NCBI RefSeq assembly: GCF_033153115.1
Contig: NW_026889758.1
Span: forward strand, 21,018,001-21,082,000
Origin: Saccostrea echinata
Taxonomy: Eukaryota
DNA length: 64,000 nt
Direction: 5' to 3'
Shown: piece after piece, positions 51,583 to 63,892 of the stretch
Layout of the letters: every line of letters begins with the position of its first letter
How positions within the stretch are numbered: the stretch's first letter is position 1
Notes under the pieces: generated by a model
Seen by the model: only the letters and a program-made list of their open reading frames with translations
Databases searched by the model: none
What the model was told of the DNA's origin: nothing
Translations under genes and position numbers: made by a program

Positions 51583-53123
51583 TCAAGAATTGTATTATTA
51601 TTCTTTACTTATTCTAACAACGACACAAGGCACAAATTTTGAAAAGGAAACTTCTCAAAAGTTTTTCAATTAATACCACCTACTCAAAGTTGCGCATTTT
51701 TGGTAAGAATATATAGCAAAATTTAATACTGTTGTGCAACCTGCAGTAAAACCAGATTTTATACTTAGAAATATTGTAGTCTTTAACTTAAGGTTTAATT
51801 TTGTGAGTTTAGACGAAAAATGAGATATAATGGAATTTTTTGGCCGTCATTGCTGTTCGTTCGCGTTTAATGGAGCATAGAAAATTGGTCCAGATTTCCT
51901 CTAAAATAATTTATCTTGACCACACAAGGGCCTGATTTCGATGTATCGGGTTAAGAGAAATGCATGAATATTAGAGGACACTTTAACAAATACCTTGCCA
52001 TTACACTCGTTAACATTATTTACTCATAAACAATTCCAAAATCTTTAAATTTAAAGAATTTAGACTAAACCCGGAGCAAAATAAAAATTCTGAATATGTG
52101 TAAATTTCGGTTAATTTGGAACACAGTGGTAACAGATAAAGAAATCTGGTTAGAAAAAAGAATTATTTAGGCAAAACAATCGTAATTAAGCAGAAAACGC
52201 CATGATAGTTCAATAATATGTATTATTTCAGTGCACTTTTTAACCCCACCCTACCCCCCTTCCTAATGACAAAGACTACTTCTTTCGCCCTGTTATAAAA
52301 AGCAAACATATTTCAAATAATTTTTAATCCTTATGTGAATCAGTATGCATTAATTAAAAATTTGAGACGAAAAAACAACAAAAGTTCAATGCGCAAGATC
52401 ATTACATGCAGTTCAACTTTTGCCATATTTTTAGAAATCCGTGTTCACCGCGAACACCCCTGTCACCGAGTGTCGCCAATATTTTTCCTACCTTGAGACG
52501 GATTTTTATGAAACTTGCTTTATTACATTGAATATTCATTACAGATCGGGAAAATAGCATTATACTGGCAAGCAAAAATTTTAATTTTAATTGCAGGTGT
52601 CATAACAGTACCGGTATTTCACTTGAGGTTCACGTCAAATCATGGCAAAATAATTCCTGAATCTTCCCTTCTGATTCTGGCATTTTAACACGAGACTGGA
52701 GCTGAATATTTTTATGAGATGAAAAACAATATGTAAACTTCCTGTATTGACTAGATTCATTATAATTTAGGGCGTGCTGATTTTTCTATATACTGCATTT
52801 GAGTGGGGAGTGATTACGTCCTGGACTTAATTTTCAAGCACCTGCTCGACTTCGACCGCAATAAAATTGCGTTCCTTGCTGGATGGCTATGTATTTTTTG
52901 GTACAAAAATCTTTATAAAGAATTGTTTTACAAGATCTGAAAAGGAAACTTCTCAAAAGTTTGTATTCAATTAATACCACCTACTCAAAGTTGCGCATTT
53001 TTTGTAAGAATATATAGCAAAATTAAATATTGTAGTGCAACCTACACACCGTTCGCGCACTCTCTGCACTCAATGTAGAGCGTGCGCGAACGGAATTGTT
53101 CAAGTCTTTAAAAAAACAGCCAA

Positions 53124-53365
53124 GGCCATCTGAAAAAAAAAATGGTAACAGTTGCCCTCTCCCGACCGATTGGCTAAAAATGGCCGACTCAAAGCTTTTT
53201 TAAACCTCAGAAAACAATTATTTTTATGCATTCCGAAATATAGATTGTGAAAATTCACTATGTTAAAATTTTCTGAGAAAAAAAAATAAATTCCCACCTA
53301 CCCACCGACCCATTTATTTATTCTGAGTCGGGAGAGGGCAAACAAACATTATTTTAAAGATTGCC
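53124..53365. mobile_element. MITE
   Basis: Perfect 15-bp inverted repeat TTGCCCTCTCCCGAC (53152-53166 / 53327-53341) within longer imperfect TIRs. Confidence 0.7.
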
Positions 53366-54149
53366 CAATCAAAAGATTTTTGGTCTATACCCAAGTCTTT
53401 CTGGGTTTTTGTAATCATGTGTTCTTTGGAAAAGCAACCACTGCCACTGAATTGAAATGAAATTAGTTCCTCTCTTGGCCCCATGCATCTCTGTAGCAAA
53501 TATGAGATTGATAGACCAAGTGATGTTTACAAAACTTGGTATACTGTCTTTGTCATTTACTTTTGTACCCTGGAATCAATAATCTTCTTGCTCCGGCAAG
53601 CATGAGACGGAGAGGTCAAGTGATAGTTCTATATTGTGTCCACAGCATAGATATGGATGCTGGAATGCACCTCATGACAGTGCTTCATGTACATGTATTT
53701 CCATTTTAACTTTGTTGCAAGGAGAATATAACAGCGTAATGTGTCAATTGGGAAAAGGATGAAAAATCATACAAGCCGAACAATTTGTGTGGTACATGTA
53801 ATAAATAATATTGATTGATTGATTATTGTTTAACGCCGAGTCGGCAATATTTCAGCCATATTTGGACGGAAAATTAAGTTTATTTGACCGGTAATTGAAA
53901 GGTTTTTGGTTTCTCTGGCGGCCCCCAGTGAGCCTACTCTTTTTGGAAATCAAGAGAAACGATCTTTTACGTGCCAAGGGGGTTGTAATTGTCAAACATT
54001 AGGAGCCATATATAAGTAAGCACAGGACACTTTTTCCACAATAAAAACATTTGGTCGACGCTTTACATAAGGGGTTTTAAAATACGTAATGGTAACTTTT
54101 AATTCTTTTTAATTGAAAAAAATAATTTCTGGCTTTTGAGGCATTTAAG

Positions 54150-54358
54150 AACAAGAAATGTAAAAAAAAAAAAAGCATTCTGAGGGTATTGCATTAGCAA
54201 TACTTGTCCCCTACCGGCAAGTGTAATCTGTTTCCCAATAAAAATTGAAATTGCCATATATCCGTCAAAAATCAATAAAGCAGACAGACAGACAGATGGA
54301 CGGACAGACTCAGAGGAAACCTATAGGAAACCTATAGTTTCACCGGTAGGGGACTAAT
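54150..54358 (+). mobile_element. Short HINE/pearl-like MITE
   Basis: Inverted repeats GTCCCCTACCGG (54206-54217) and CCGGTAGGGGAC (54343-54354) around a (GACA)n tract. Confidence 0.7.
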
Positions 54359-55425
54359 AACATAAAGAGCCCAAGTGATGATATAGGGACTTAAAGTTCT
54401 GTCTTACAATATTTCACCAGATGGGTACATGGGGATGTTGGGCCATTTATCTCGCTATCGGACATTTTATATCATTCCGCGGATTTCTTTAAAGGAAATA
54501 TTGGAGATACTGAAAAAAAAACCTGAGAGTTTTTGTTATAGTTTTGAATTTTCAATCGTAATCCAATCAATGGTGAAACCTTTGTCAAAACGAGTAGAAT
54601 ATAATGTTAATGTGTACAACTACTCTCCAAATTAATTATTTAGAGCAATATAAACGAATGAAATAAGTACTCAGACTTTCCTTCGTACAAAAAATTGACA
54701 ACCATTCTGTTTCATCTTAGGGATGAATAACACAAACGTACTTAAACTTTCTTATTCAAATATAACTGAAATATACCAAAGAAATACTAGGGTGCAAAAG
54801 TGCTAAAATAAGAACAAAACGAACTGAATTTTGTTATGTAAATTATCAGAGTTTGCTGGAGATTTGTTTTCAGTGCCTTTCCTGAAAATATACTCGGTAA
54901 TCCCCTGAACTCTTTTGAAACATCGATTTAAAAATTCCTTTGGACACATCATGTTGTTAAAAAGGTAATAATAGATACTCTGCTCTACGAAAGTTTTCTA
55001 AGAAGTACTAAGTTTGTCAAAAACACATATATGTAAAAATGTATAAATGAAATGGTACTCTTCAAAAGGAAATAAAAAAAAAAACTAGTTGTGTTTTTTT
55101 TTATCATTAATGCTTAAACCTTTTGAGGATATAGAGAAAAACTCATTTCGGACTGACAGTTTATTTTTTTTCTCTTAAAGGCATAAAAATCTTCAAAATG
55201 TGTATATTGATTGGTATTCAAGATAATTAATTAAGACAGTCTAAATTGATACCCAAAACAGTACTGAAGTATGAGACTAACTCCAAATAAAAAGATTACA
55301 TCAACGTTAAATATTATCTGAAATACTGAAATCAAGAAAACGTTGGATGCATAATACAAAAAATAATTCTTCGTAAAGGAATCACATTTTGAAAAAAGTG
55401 GATACCAGTAAATTATTCAAACACA

Positions 55426-55739
55426 TCATAATTTTGAAGTCATTACAACTTTGAAATTTTCCAGAGACAGAGGAGAATAAGTCTTGTTTTTTGAGTCGAT
55501 GAAATACAGTGGGTCCTTGACCTTTTCCAGGTCATAACCTTCCTCCACTAGCTCCACCTTGCGGTTCTTCATTGTTTGTGTGACGATGAATTCCGGCATG
55601 AAGCGGAGGAACAAAGGACGAGCGTAGACCGGAAGTTCCTTCTCACAGACTGAGTAAATTGTTCGCAATTTGTCTTCCGTAATTTTGTCGTTTTCTTGTT
55701 TTAGAAGAACGGCCGCCATTCCTGCTCGCCCATCTTCAC
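55426..55739 (-). CDS. FATP last exon: GEDGRAGMAA...LPVYARPLFLR...TSKL*
   Basis: Conserved FATP C-terminus; stop at 55426-55428. Confidence 0.95.
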
Positions 55740-55869
55740 CTTGATATTGGGAGAAGATCAAAATATGACACTGACAGAGATAACCATAATGCGGGTATGA
55801 ACTTGTTTCAAATCATATCTTTATTAATGTTGATTTGCAAAAATAGTATTTTTATGAAATTAAATGAAC

Positions 55870-56936
55870 GACCCACTTTTGCAAAATCTTATGAGACTTT
55901 AAACTTGGCCATAACTTTTGAAAACGTGGAGCTTTGGCTTTCAAACTTCACAAGTGTATTCCTTGTGAAAAGGCCTTCCTTTGGATACCAACATCTTTGG
56001 CCCTTTAACGTTGACCTTAGAGTTTGACCTACTGTTGGAAAAACTTTAACCTTGGCCATAACTTTTGAACAGTTTGAGCTAGGTCTTTCAAACATGTACT
56101 TCGCATGTGTACTCCTTGTGACAAGACCTTTCTTTGCACACCAACAGCTTTGACCTTTTGATCTTGACCTTAGAGTTTGACCTACTCCAGTTTTGAAAAA
56201 TTTTAACATTGGCCATAACTTTTGAACAGTTAGTGCTAGGGTTTTCATACTTCATATATGCATTCCCTGTGAGAAAATCTTCCTTTAGATACCAACAACT
56301 TTGACCCTTTGACCTTGGATTTTGACCTACTTTACAAAAACATTAACCTTGGCCATAACTTTTGAACAGTTGGTGTTAGCGCTTTCATATTTCACATATG
56401 TATTCCTTGTGACAAGTCCTTCCCTCAAAAACCAAAAGCTTTGATCCTTTGACCTTGAAGTTTGACCTACTTTTGAAAAACTTTAACCCTAGCCATAACT
56501 TTAGAACAGTTGGTGTTAGGGCTTTCATACTTCACATGTATATTCCTTGTGACAAGACCTTCCTTTGGATACCAACAATTTTGGCATTGACCTTGACCCT
56601 GGAGTTTGACCTTCTTTTAAAATTTTTTAACATTGTCCATAACAGTTAAACGTTTGTTTCTAGAGCTTTCACATTTCACGATTATGTGTATCACTTGTGA
56701 CAAGAACTTCCCTTGGGCACCATTTGACCTTGCCGTTTTAGTTAATTTAAAAAAAAAAATTTCGCCATAACTTTTCAACGGTTTGTACTAGGGCTTTCAT
56801 ATATTCCTCGAGACAAGACTTTTCTTTGGGTACCAACATTTTTTTATTTCTTGACCTGGAGTTTGATTTGCATTTAAGTAACCTTCGCCATAAGCTGCCA
56901 TACGGGGGAATCAGTGTTTCACAAACACATCTTGTT
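55870..56936 (-). mobile_element. HINE-like element family 2 in the last FATP intron (3'-truncated)
   Basis: Reverse complement of the 50765 copy's 5' end, followed by about seven monomers. Confidence 0.82.
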
Positions 56937-57109
56937 TCATGAGAAAAAGGAGGGAAGAGTTGATTATTAGCTTTTTTCAATGCAAATATTTCAGTAAGTT
57001 GGACTTCTTAGAACTAATCTGCATCAATGTGAAACAAATCTGAAACGTTAATAATTGATATAAAATTGCCCATAAATAACGCTGACAATTTAGAATGTTG
57101 GAAACTTAC

Positions 57110-57207
57110 CTGGAATTGTCACACCGTAGACATTGACGTCACGTATGAACGGAATACGACTCACAACGTCAGCGACTTCGGCAGTAGAAACATTCTCACT
57201 CTTCCAT
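57110..57207 (-). CDS. FATP exon: [12 protein letters not shown]...VNVYGVTIP
   Basis: FATP signature; cag acceptor, gtaagt donor. Too short to appear in the ORF track. Confidence 0.95.
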
Positions 57208-57574
57208 CTGAAATATACCATAAAGTGTGACAAACCCATTGTCAAACTTGAATAGGTAAAGATGTTTTAAATAATTTGCCTAATACAATCCTCGTTGAAA
57301 TTTTGGATGAAAAGATGGGAAGCCAAGACCCTTAGATCTTTAGCATCCACATGTTTTAAAATCAAAAAACCTTTTTTTTTACTTACAAATTAAAAGTCCA
57401 ATCTTAATACCGATAATAAGAATTGGCAAACATTTGCTTGTAGATCAGAGAACTTAATATATTAAATTGTTCGTCTTCAACTCACTGAGTTGAAAGACTG
57501 ATCTCTTCCTCACAAGAGCATTTCAATCATTTTAGCCTCCAAAAAAGTTCCAGGGTGTATAAAAAAATCCATTA

Positions 57575-57965
57575 ACAATACAGAAAGAAAGCAGTGCAAA
57601 CAAGGACCCTTGAAAGCATGAGAGGTAGGATCAGGTACCATGGAGGAATAACCATCCCCTTATGGTCACACACTAATTGTGAGCCTTTCGTCATGATTAG
57701 GTAAACGGAGAAATCCGTAGAGAATTCGGCATGAAATGTTTGAAAAACTTCGGTCAGCCACATTCGACAGACTTTAATTTGCAACAAGGTCATTGATGAT
57801 GACTTTAAACGAGGCTGTTGATATTCTTGTTTCATTAACTTGTTTGTCAATAGCTTGCCTTGTTTTAGAAATTGTTCGTATGTAGAGCATGCTCTTACGT
57901 ATCGAATCAACTGAGACATAAACCCCATATGCAGGTGATAAAAGTATATTGCTACATAAGTAATC
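57575..57965 (-). mobile_element. Penelope-like 3' fragment in a FATP intron
   Basis: SQLIRYVRACSTYEQFLKQGKLLTNKLMKQ plus the 3' motif. Confidence 0.78.
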
Positions 57966-58299
57966 AGAATGTTTTTAAGCACAATAATGTTGCAAATGAC
58001 CAATGACAAGGTAAAAAAAATTACGAGTTCCATTTTTACTGATGAAGCAGCTGTCAATGATGTCAAAAAGCCTGGACTTTATTTATCGTTGGGAAGATGG
58101 TTGCTTACGAGGGTCATTCAATAAGTAATGCAACATACAGTTTATCATAATAAATGTAGAAGTATTTAATTTTATTTTTGAACATTTGAGAAGTTCTATT
58201 AAAGAACTCCTAATCACAGAAAACCTCATGCTTTTTCCTATTGTTGTTGCAAAGGAATTCACTTTTAAAGTAAGCATGGTCACTACACTGAGCTGAAAA

Positions 58300-59410
58300 C
58301 TGTTTAAAAATGATCTCTGCCAAGAAGATGAAAATGAGGGCGTGTGTGAAAACGTTGCTTCATTACATAAAAAGCTGAATAAGTCATATTGAAGATATAA
58401 TTTTGATATGTGGAAAGACTAGTCTTTCACGCTGTATAGTTTTCAGGTGGATTCGGAAATTTCAAATAAAAAAAAGTACAATTAAAAGATCGCAGTCAAA
58501 GTGGTCGATCGAAATCTGTAGGGGCAACAAAACTATGGATGCTGTGAGCAACATGATATCTGAAAATGCCAAATTTCCATTGATAGACTTTGCTAAAACA
58601 CAAAACATTTCATCCTCATAACAGTTCCATTGATAGACTTTGCTAAAACACAAAACATTTCATCCTCATAACAGTTTATAGAGTTGTGACAAATGAAATA
58701 AATCTAACAATAATTCTATCAGATGGGTGCCTTATTTCTTTACAAATGCCTAAGAGGAAACACATGTTAAATGTGCCAATTGTCTACTTAAAAATAAACA
58801 ATTTTACCAAAAAGATTTGATAAACTTGAGTGATGGATGACGAAACATTGGTGTACTTTTTATAGCCTAAAAAGGAAGATCAAGAATAAAATGTGGAATC
58901 AAAGAGAAAGCTGTCGTCCTATTATTGCAAAGAGAAGCACTCCAATTATGTTTTATTGATTTTCTTTTTTATTCAAGAGGTCCAGTAAAACATGTACATA
59001 CAGCCAAAGGAAGGACTATTAATGGTAACGTTAATATTAAAATTTCAACTGGGAAAGTTAAGCAGATTTCCTGCAAAGCAAGCCCAAATACCAGTCTACG
59101 GGGTATTTTTCTGCACTTAAAGAGCTGCTGCAAATAAGCATAGAGAAATAAATAAAATTTTTGAAGAAAGGGAAGTTTACAGAGTTTGGGCATCCCCCAT
59201 ATTAACTAGATCCCAGCCATTGTGGGATCTTTTTATTCCAAAAACATATGAAAGTAATCAAAGGAAGATTTGACAATTTCAGATATATCATGGAAAGAGC
59301 TATTCATCAATGTCTTTGGGGTGGGGCATCCCTAAAATGAGTATGCTGAGGTTTTCTGGTCATGGGTATACAAAGACTTTAGACATGTGAATCCTTTGAG
59401 GGATTGAAAG
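58300..59410 (+). pseudogene. Highly degenerate mariner-type transposase in a FATP intron
   Basis: Remnants of the HTH region (VFRWIRKF), RWVPY (WVPHEL-like), DET, HPPY*LDPSHCGIFLF (YSPDLAP-like) and a GEYFEG-like end. Many stops; 50-bp tandem duplication at 58575-58674. Confidence 0.75.
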
Positions 59411-61138
59411 TATTAAGAACCTGCTTTACATGCTTTTTCCTATTTTTAGATGACCTTTTGCTTAATTTATTGAACGCCCCTCGTAGAATTTTGAAATGTC
59501 GTACGTTTTGATGTTATTGATTTTGCTAAAATTTTGTGATTTCAAATTTTCTTAAAGTTCCTTGGAATTTTTAAGTATTCACATCTTATTTACAACACTT
59601 CTTGAATATATTGTTGTACAGTTCTCCTGATGTTTCTACTTCTCTGCTGTTAATGTTTTAGTGAAGAGTAAAGAAAGAGGCTTGGGAGGACATTTACTGG
59701 AACCCGCTATGTATCTTTGTAAGGATTGGGAATATAAAAAAAATATTTAAAACTGACATATGATTTTGAAGAATTTCCTCCTAAGAAAGGAAGCTATATG
59801 GGAATAAGTTGGATTAATCAGAATTAAATCTCAGTTCCTCTAAAATACAATTAAAATAATGAGCCTTACAAACAAAGATAATGTTGTTACCTGCTTTGTC
59901 AGCTGGGACCAGTGTTTGTGGCTAAAACACATCTAAATGTCAAATGAAGGGCACAGCAAGAGAAGTTTCTGAATTAAATTCTGCTTCTTAAAAGTGCAAA
60001 AACAGATTTGCTAATAAAAAGGCACAATTAACACAAACAGGAATTCCAGTCTTCAAAGACTATATAGAAAATGTCTTTGAGGAAAACCTAATATGGTCTT
60101 AGGAGACCATTCTTCCAGTATTAAACCTATAGATATTGTCAATGAGGAACTCAAACATCTTTTAAATATTAACCTCAGAGTACTTGTATCTAGAATCAGA
60201 ATGGTTTTGGCCAAATGACAAGATATGAAATTTATTAGTTCCGTAGTTGTCTATGGTGTCAAAACGTATGGTCTTTAAAATACAGTAAGCAATGTTGTAA
60301 AAGTCATACGTTTTACTGCAATTTTGTGATTTCAAATTTTCTAAATGTTCTTTGGAGTTTTAGTGCATGTATCCACATTTGATTGACACCACTTCTCAAA
60401 TGTCCTGTTGCACAGTACCGCTGAAGTTTCTCCTTTACTGCTGTTAACATTTTCCTGAGGAGTAAGGAAAGAAGCCTCGTAGAAAATTTATTTTACCCTG
60501 CTAAAGCTTTTGTTGATGAGGATGACTAACATTTCCGAGCCATTTGACACTAAACTTTCTAAACTTTATAATTATAGGGCCAACAGAAATCCCACACCAG
60601 ATTCAATTTTCCGGAGAAATCCCTACTATGTGCAATAGTTATAAAGTGCGATTGGAAAAATTATAGAAGGGACATTTGTAAAGTTGGTCTCTGGAAAAAA
60701 ATAAAGAAAAAGGTCGCATGTAGAAAGAATCTTAACGAAAAAGAAGTGTTAAACTAGTTTCCGTGCTATAAATTTTACGCAAGTTCGGTTGGACAAGATC
60801 ATCAAGAATATGAAAAATGATGAACTTCATTAAAGAGAGCTGACAGAAATGTTGGTAATAACCTGAAACTATGCCATTAACTTTTTTTTCCGAGGTTAAA
60901 ATCAAGGTCACAGTCTTCGAAGAGAAAAGGAAGGAAGAATTTCGCTCCCACAATCTCCAGTTTTATATAAAAAAGTATGTAATATTATTAAAGATCTTGA
61001 AAGTATGCCAGCCTACTGAAGAAAATAAGAAAATACTTTAATAGAATCACTGAATCAGACAGATTGTGTCACCTGTCAAGTACAGGACCCATCCCTGACG
61101 CGTGAAAAAAATTAAAAGTTTTGTTTTCTTACACTAAC

Positions 61139-61337
61139 CTAAATGTGTCCCCAGTTCTGTCTCTGAAATATATGTTGTAGTTTTCATCCAGGTAGATCAA
61201 ATCACCGAATGAAAACCAGCGATCACCCTCTTCAAAGACGTCTCGGATGAATTTTTTGTCGTTCATTTCCTTGGAACCTTTGTACAATCCAGAGTAGTAT
61301 TCTTCGTTTACCCCACAAATGATGAGTCCCACCTCAC
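61139..61337 (-). CDS. FATP exon: GEVGLII...RDVFEEGD...FRDRTGDTFR
   Basis: FATP signature; aag acceptor, gttagt donor; phase 1-2. Confidence 0.95.
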
Positions 61338-61428
61338 CTTAAATAAGTGTGAAAATCAAGCCTTAAGCTCAAACTTGATTTGGTCTTTATGACACAAATT
61401 TCATCAATTTGACAATCAATGTACAAAC

Positions 61429-61540
61429 CTGGTCTGATACGGATACATCTCCCATTTTTGTCTCTTATCGGTTTTTCGGATCTGATGTCGAATTTAATGA
61501 AATTTATTTGAAAGCTTTTATCCCGAAATATGGTTGCTTT
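61429..61540 (-). CDS. FATP exon: KATIF...KPIRDKNGRCIRIRP
   Basis: PIRDxNGxC motif; cag acceptor, gtttgt donor. Confidence 0.92.
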
Positions 61541-61654
61541 CTGCAATATACAACACTCTAAACTTTCAAAAAAAAAATCTGGTTTGTTTCAAATAGCATG
61601 TGTCCAATCTGACTAAATATGGTTTGGAAATTAGTAATTAAAGTTTAGATTCAT

Positions 61655-61749
61655 TGACCCTCTGATAAGAGAGACAACTCTCGCTGACCCTCTGATTTTA
61701 GAGAGACAATTCTCACTGACCCTCTGATTTTAGAGATATTTCTCACTGG
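61655..61749. repeat. Three copies of a ~31-bp minisatellite (TGACCCTCTGAT..AGAGA..TCTCAC)
   Basis: Direct observation. Confidence 0.8.
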
Positions 61750-61763
61750 TATAAATGATTACA

Positions 61764-61800
<37 letters not shown>

Positions 61801-62103
61801 AAATGTCAAGTTAAAAGGCAATTTCTGTCAAATCTTGACCCAAAAGTTATGCTGAAATTGTGTGCATTTCAATTATTAGAATTCTTTCGGAAAATCATGA
61901 AAGCAGAAATTCATACGAATTACAGATGGATAATGATCCTTCAATGTTTAACAATATTTTCTGTGGAGACAAGTCAAATTATTTTTTTGTTGCATTGTCT
62001 AATAATATAGAAGAGGTGCTCATGTATGACATGAAAATGCGGAAAATAATTAATAAATCTTTTTTTCTTTTGATTGCAAATTCACTTTAAATTGCGACAT
62101 TAC

Positions 62104-62295
62104 CATAAAAGGAGACATCCTGCCGATGGCACCAACTTTACCAGTAACATTCAGAAAGCTTCCAGTTCCCTCTGTTGCTCCAAAAAATTCTACTATCCGC
62201 GGAATCTTGAACCTGGTTTTAAATTCTTCCCATATGTCTATCCGAAGTCCATTCCCAAACGCCACACGCACATTGTGAATACCATCAAGATCATT
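62104..62295 (-). CDS. FATP exon: NDLDGIHNVRVAFGNGLR...EFFGATEG...SPFM
   Basis: Family motif; cag acceptor, gtaatg donor; 192 nt, phase 0-0. Confidence 0.95.
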
Positions 62296-62390
62296 CTGTT
62301 TTAAATATATTTATTTCCACTTAATATTATACTTTGTACAACCATTTTATTGAAAATTACTAGTTTTCTCATTAACATTATAAAGTGTAC

Positions 62391-62515
62391 CTTTGGAACA
62401 CGTAGTAAATATCTGCATAATTCTCCAATATACTGTATAACTGTAACTTTATGTTTTCGCACATCTTCCCAGTAATGACGGGCGGAGAACTTTCGGCGGA
62501 GGACTATAGTGGCTC
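62391..62515 (-). CDS. FATP exon: [19 protein letters not shown]...[15 protein letters not shown]
   Basis: Family motif; tag acceptor, gtacac donor. Confidence 0.95.
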
Positions 62516-62817
62516 CTATAGAAAGCGATAATCAGGGGTTGGTTTTACAAAAGAACTTAAGACAGAGTCTAAAAGTTTACATAATTCTTAAATCTTGCCA
62601 ACTTAATGATTTTGTAGAATCATACTTGTATAAAATAACATAATTAATTTCTTCTTATTCATAATAAAATTACAATTTAATCAACGTAAACTAAAGAATA
62701 AAATCAATTTGCAAAAGTACATTTTGATCTCAGTCATAAGTTCTCTGGTAAAAAGAGACCCAGGTACTTAAGTAAGAAAGCGAACTATTATATATGTAAA
62801 GATAAAGATATATTATA

Positions 62818-63630
62818 CATATATTACATGGCTTCGAGGGCAACATACCAGAATATTTGCCCCCGAGGTGACAGGAAAGCCCTGGAGTGTTATGTCGCCC
62901 GATGCCGAAGGCAGAGGGCGACATAACACTCCAGGGCTTTCCTGTTACCGAGGGGCAAATATTCTGGTATTGTTGCCCGAGAAGTCATGTAATATATGGT
63001 ATATAACATTTTTAAAAAAAAAAAAAAACAAAATCTGACATATGTTTTGAAGACTATGGACCTGTGTAAATATCTGGAAAAAACATGCAAATTGTTTTTT
63101 AAATAGTTGATTGGTGGGTACCAATAGTTTCGATAATAATGCTAAGGAACATTAACACTATTGTTGTTAAAATGATCACGGGGGACGGCTGAAAGTTATG
63201 AAGGCTGATTTCTCTTCCTCTATAAATAATTCCGAAATATTCCGTCTTGTTTCATTGCAGAATGTTTTCAGCACGCTGACACTTGTGCTTATAACTTTTG
63301 TTGTATTTACGGAATTTTTCTCCTCAATCAAACTATCTAGTTCCTCTGAATTTAATGAACATAAAAAAACGTAGACGTTTTCCAGACATTTTCATTTTCG
63401 CGGAACTGTTTACGTTTGCTTAGCAACTGCCTCTGTGAATTTCGAACCCGATTTAATTAATATGCAGAATGATTACACGCGAGGGAATATAACGGTGTTC
63501 GGGAGGGCAACATAACTGTTTCCGGTGTAATATAACTAGATCCGGCGTGATTCAGCAGTTTTTCAGGGCATATGGATAAAAATATCATATTTGTGATACA
63601 ATGGGAAAACTTCTTCAAAAATGTTATATA
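62818..63630. mobile_element. Non-autonomous palindromic element (Crypton-like?) in a FATP intron
   Basis: 181-bp near-perfect palindrome at 62818-62998, a partial arm copy near 63505-63520, and inverted repeat TATATAACATTTTT (63000) / AAAAATGTTATATA (63617-63630). The family assignment is inference. Confidence 0.6.
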
Positions 63631-63659
63631 TATATATGTACATGTAAATATATATATAC

Positions 63660-63818
63660 CTCTTTCGATTGTATTAAATAGACACATAACGGTGCTAGCG
63701 CTGTGGTATAGAGGTGTAACAGCGTAAGATATATCGTTTTCATTGTAACCGAATGTTTGCCAATACACCGAGCCAGACACAGCTTTCGAAATGTTGATGA
63801 TTGCTGGCTTTGGTAGTC
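63660..63818 (-). CDS. FATP exon: GLPKPAII...PLYHSAST...IER
   Basis: Family motifs; cag acceptor, gtatat donor; phase 1-1. Confidence 0.93.
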
Positions 63819-63892
63819 CTGAAAATTCATAAAAGTATTTGAAAATATGCATGGCAGTATGCAGTTCGGATTAAAGCAAATGCTATACACAC

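Noticed and set aside
55889-56248. Recurrent 'MKxLAxxVQKLWPxLK' ORFs (also at 7833 and 51182)
   Set aside because: These are translations of the family-2 satellite monomer; the frame is not preserved between monomers.
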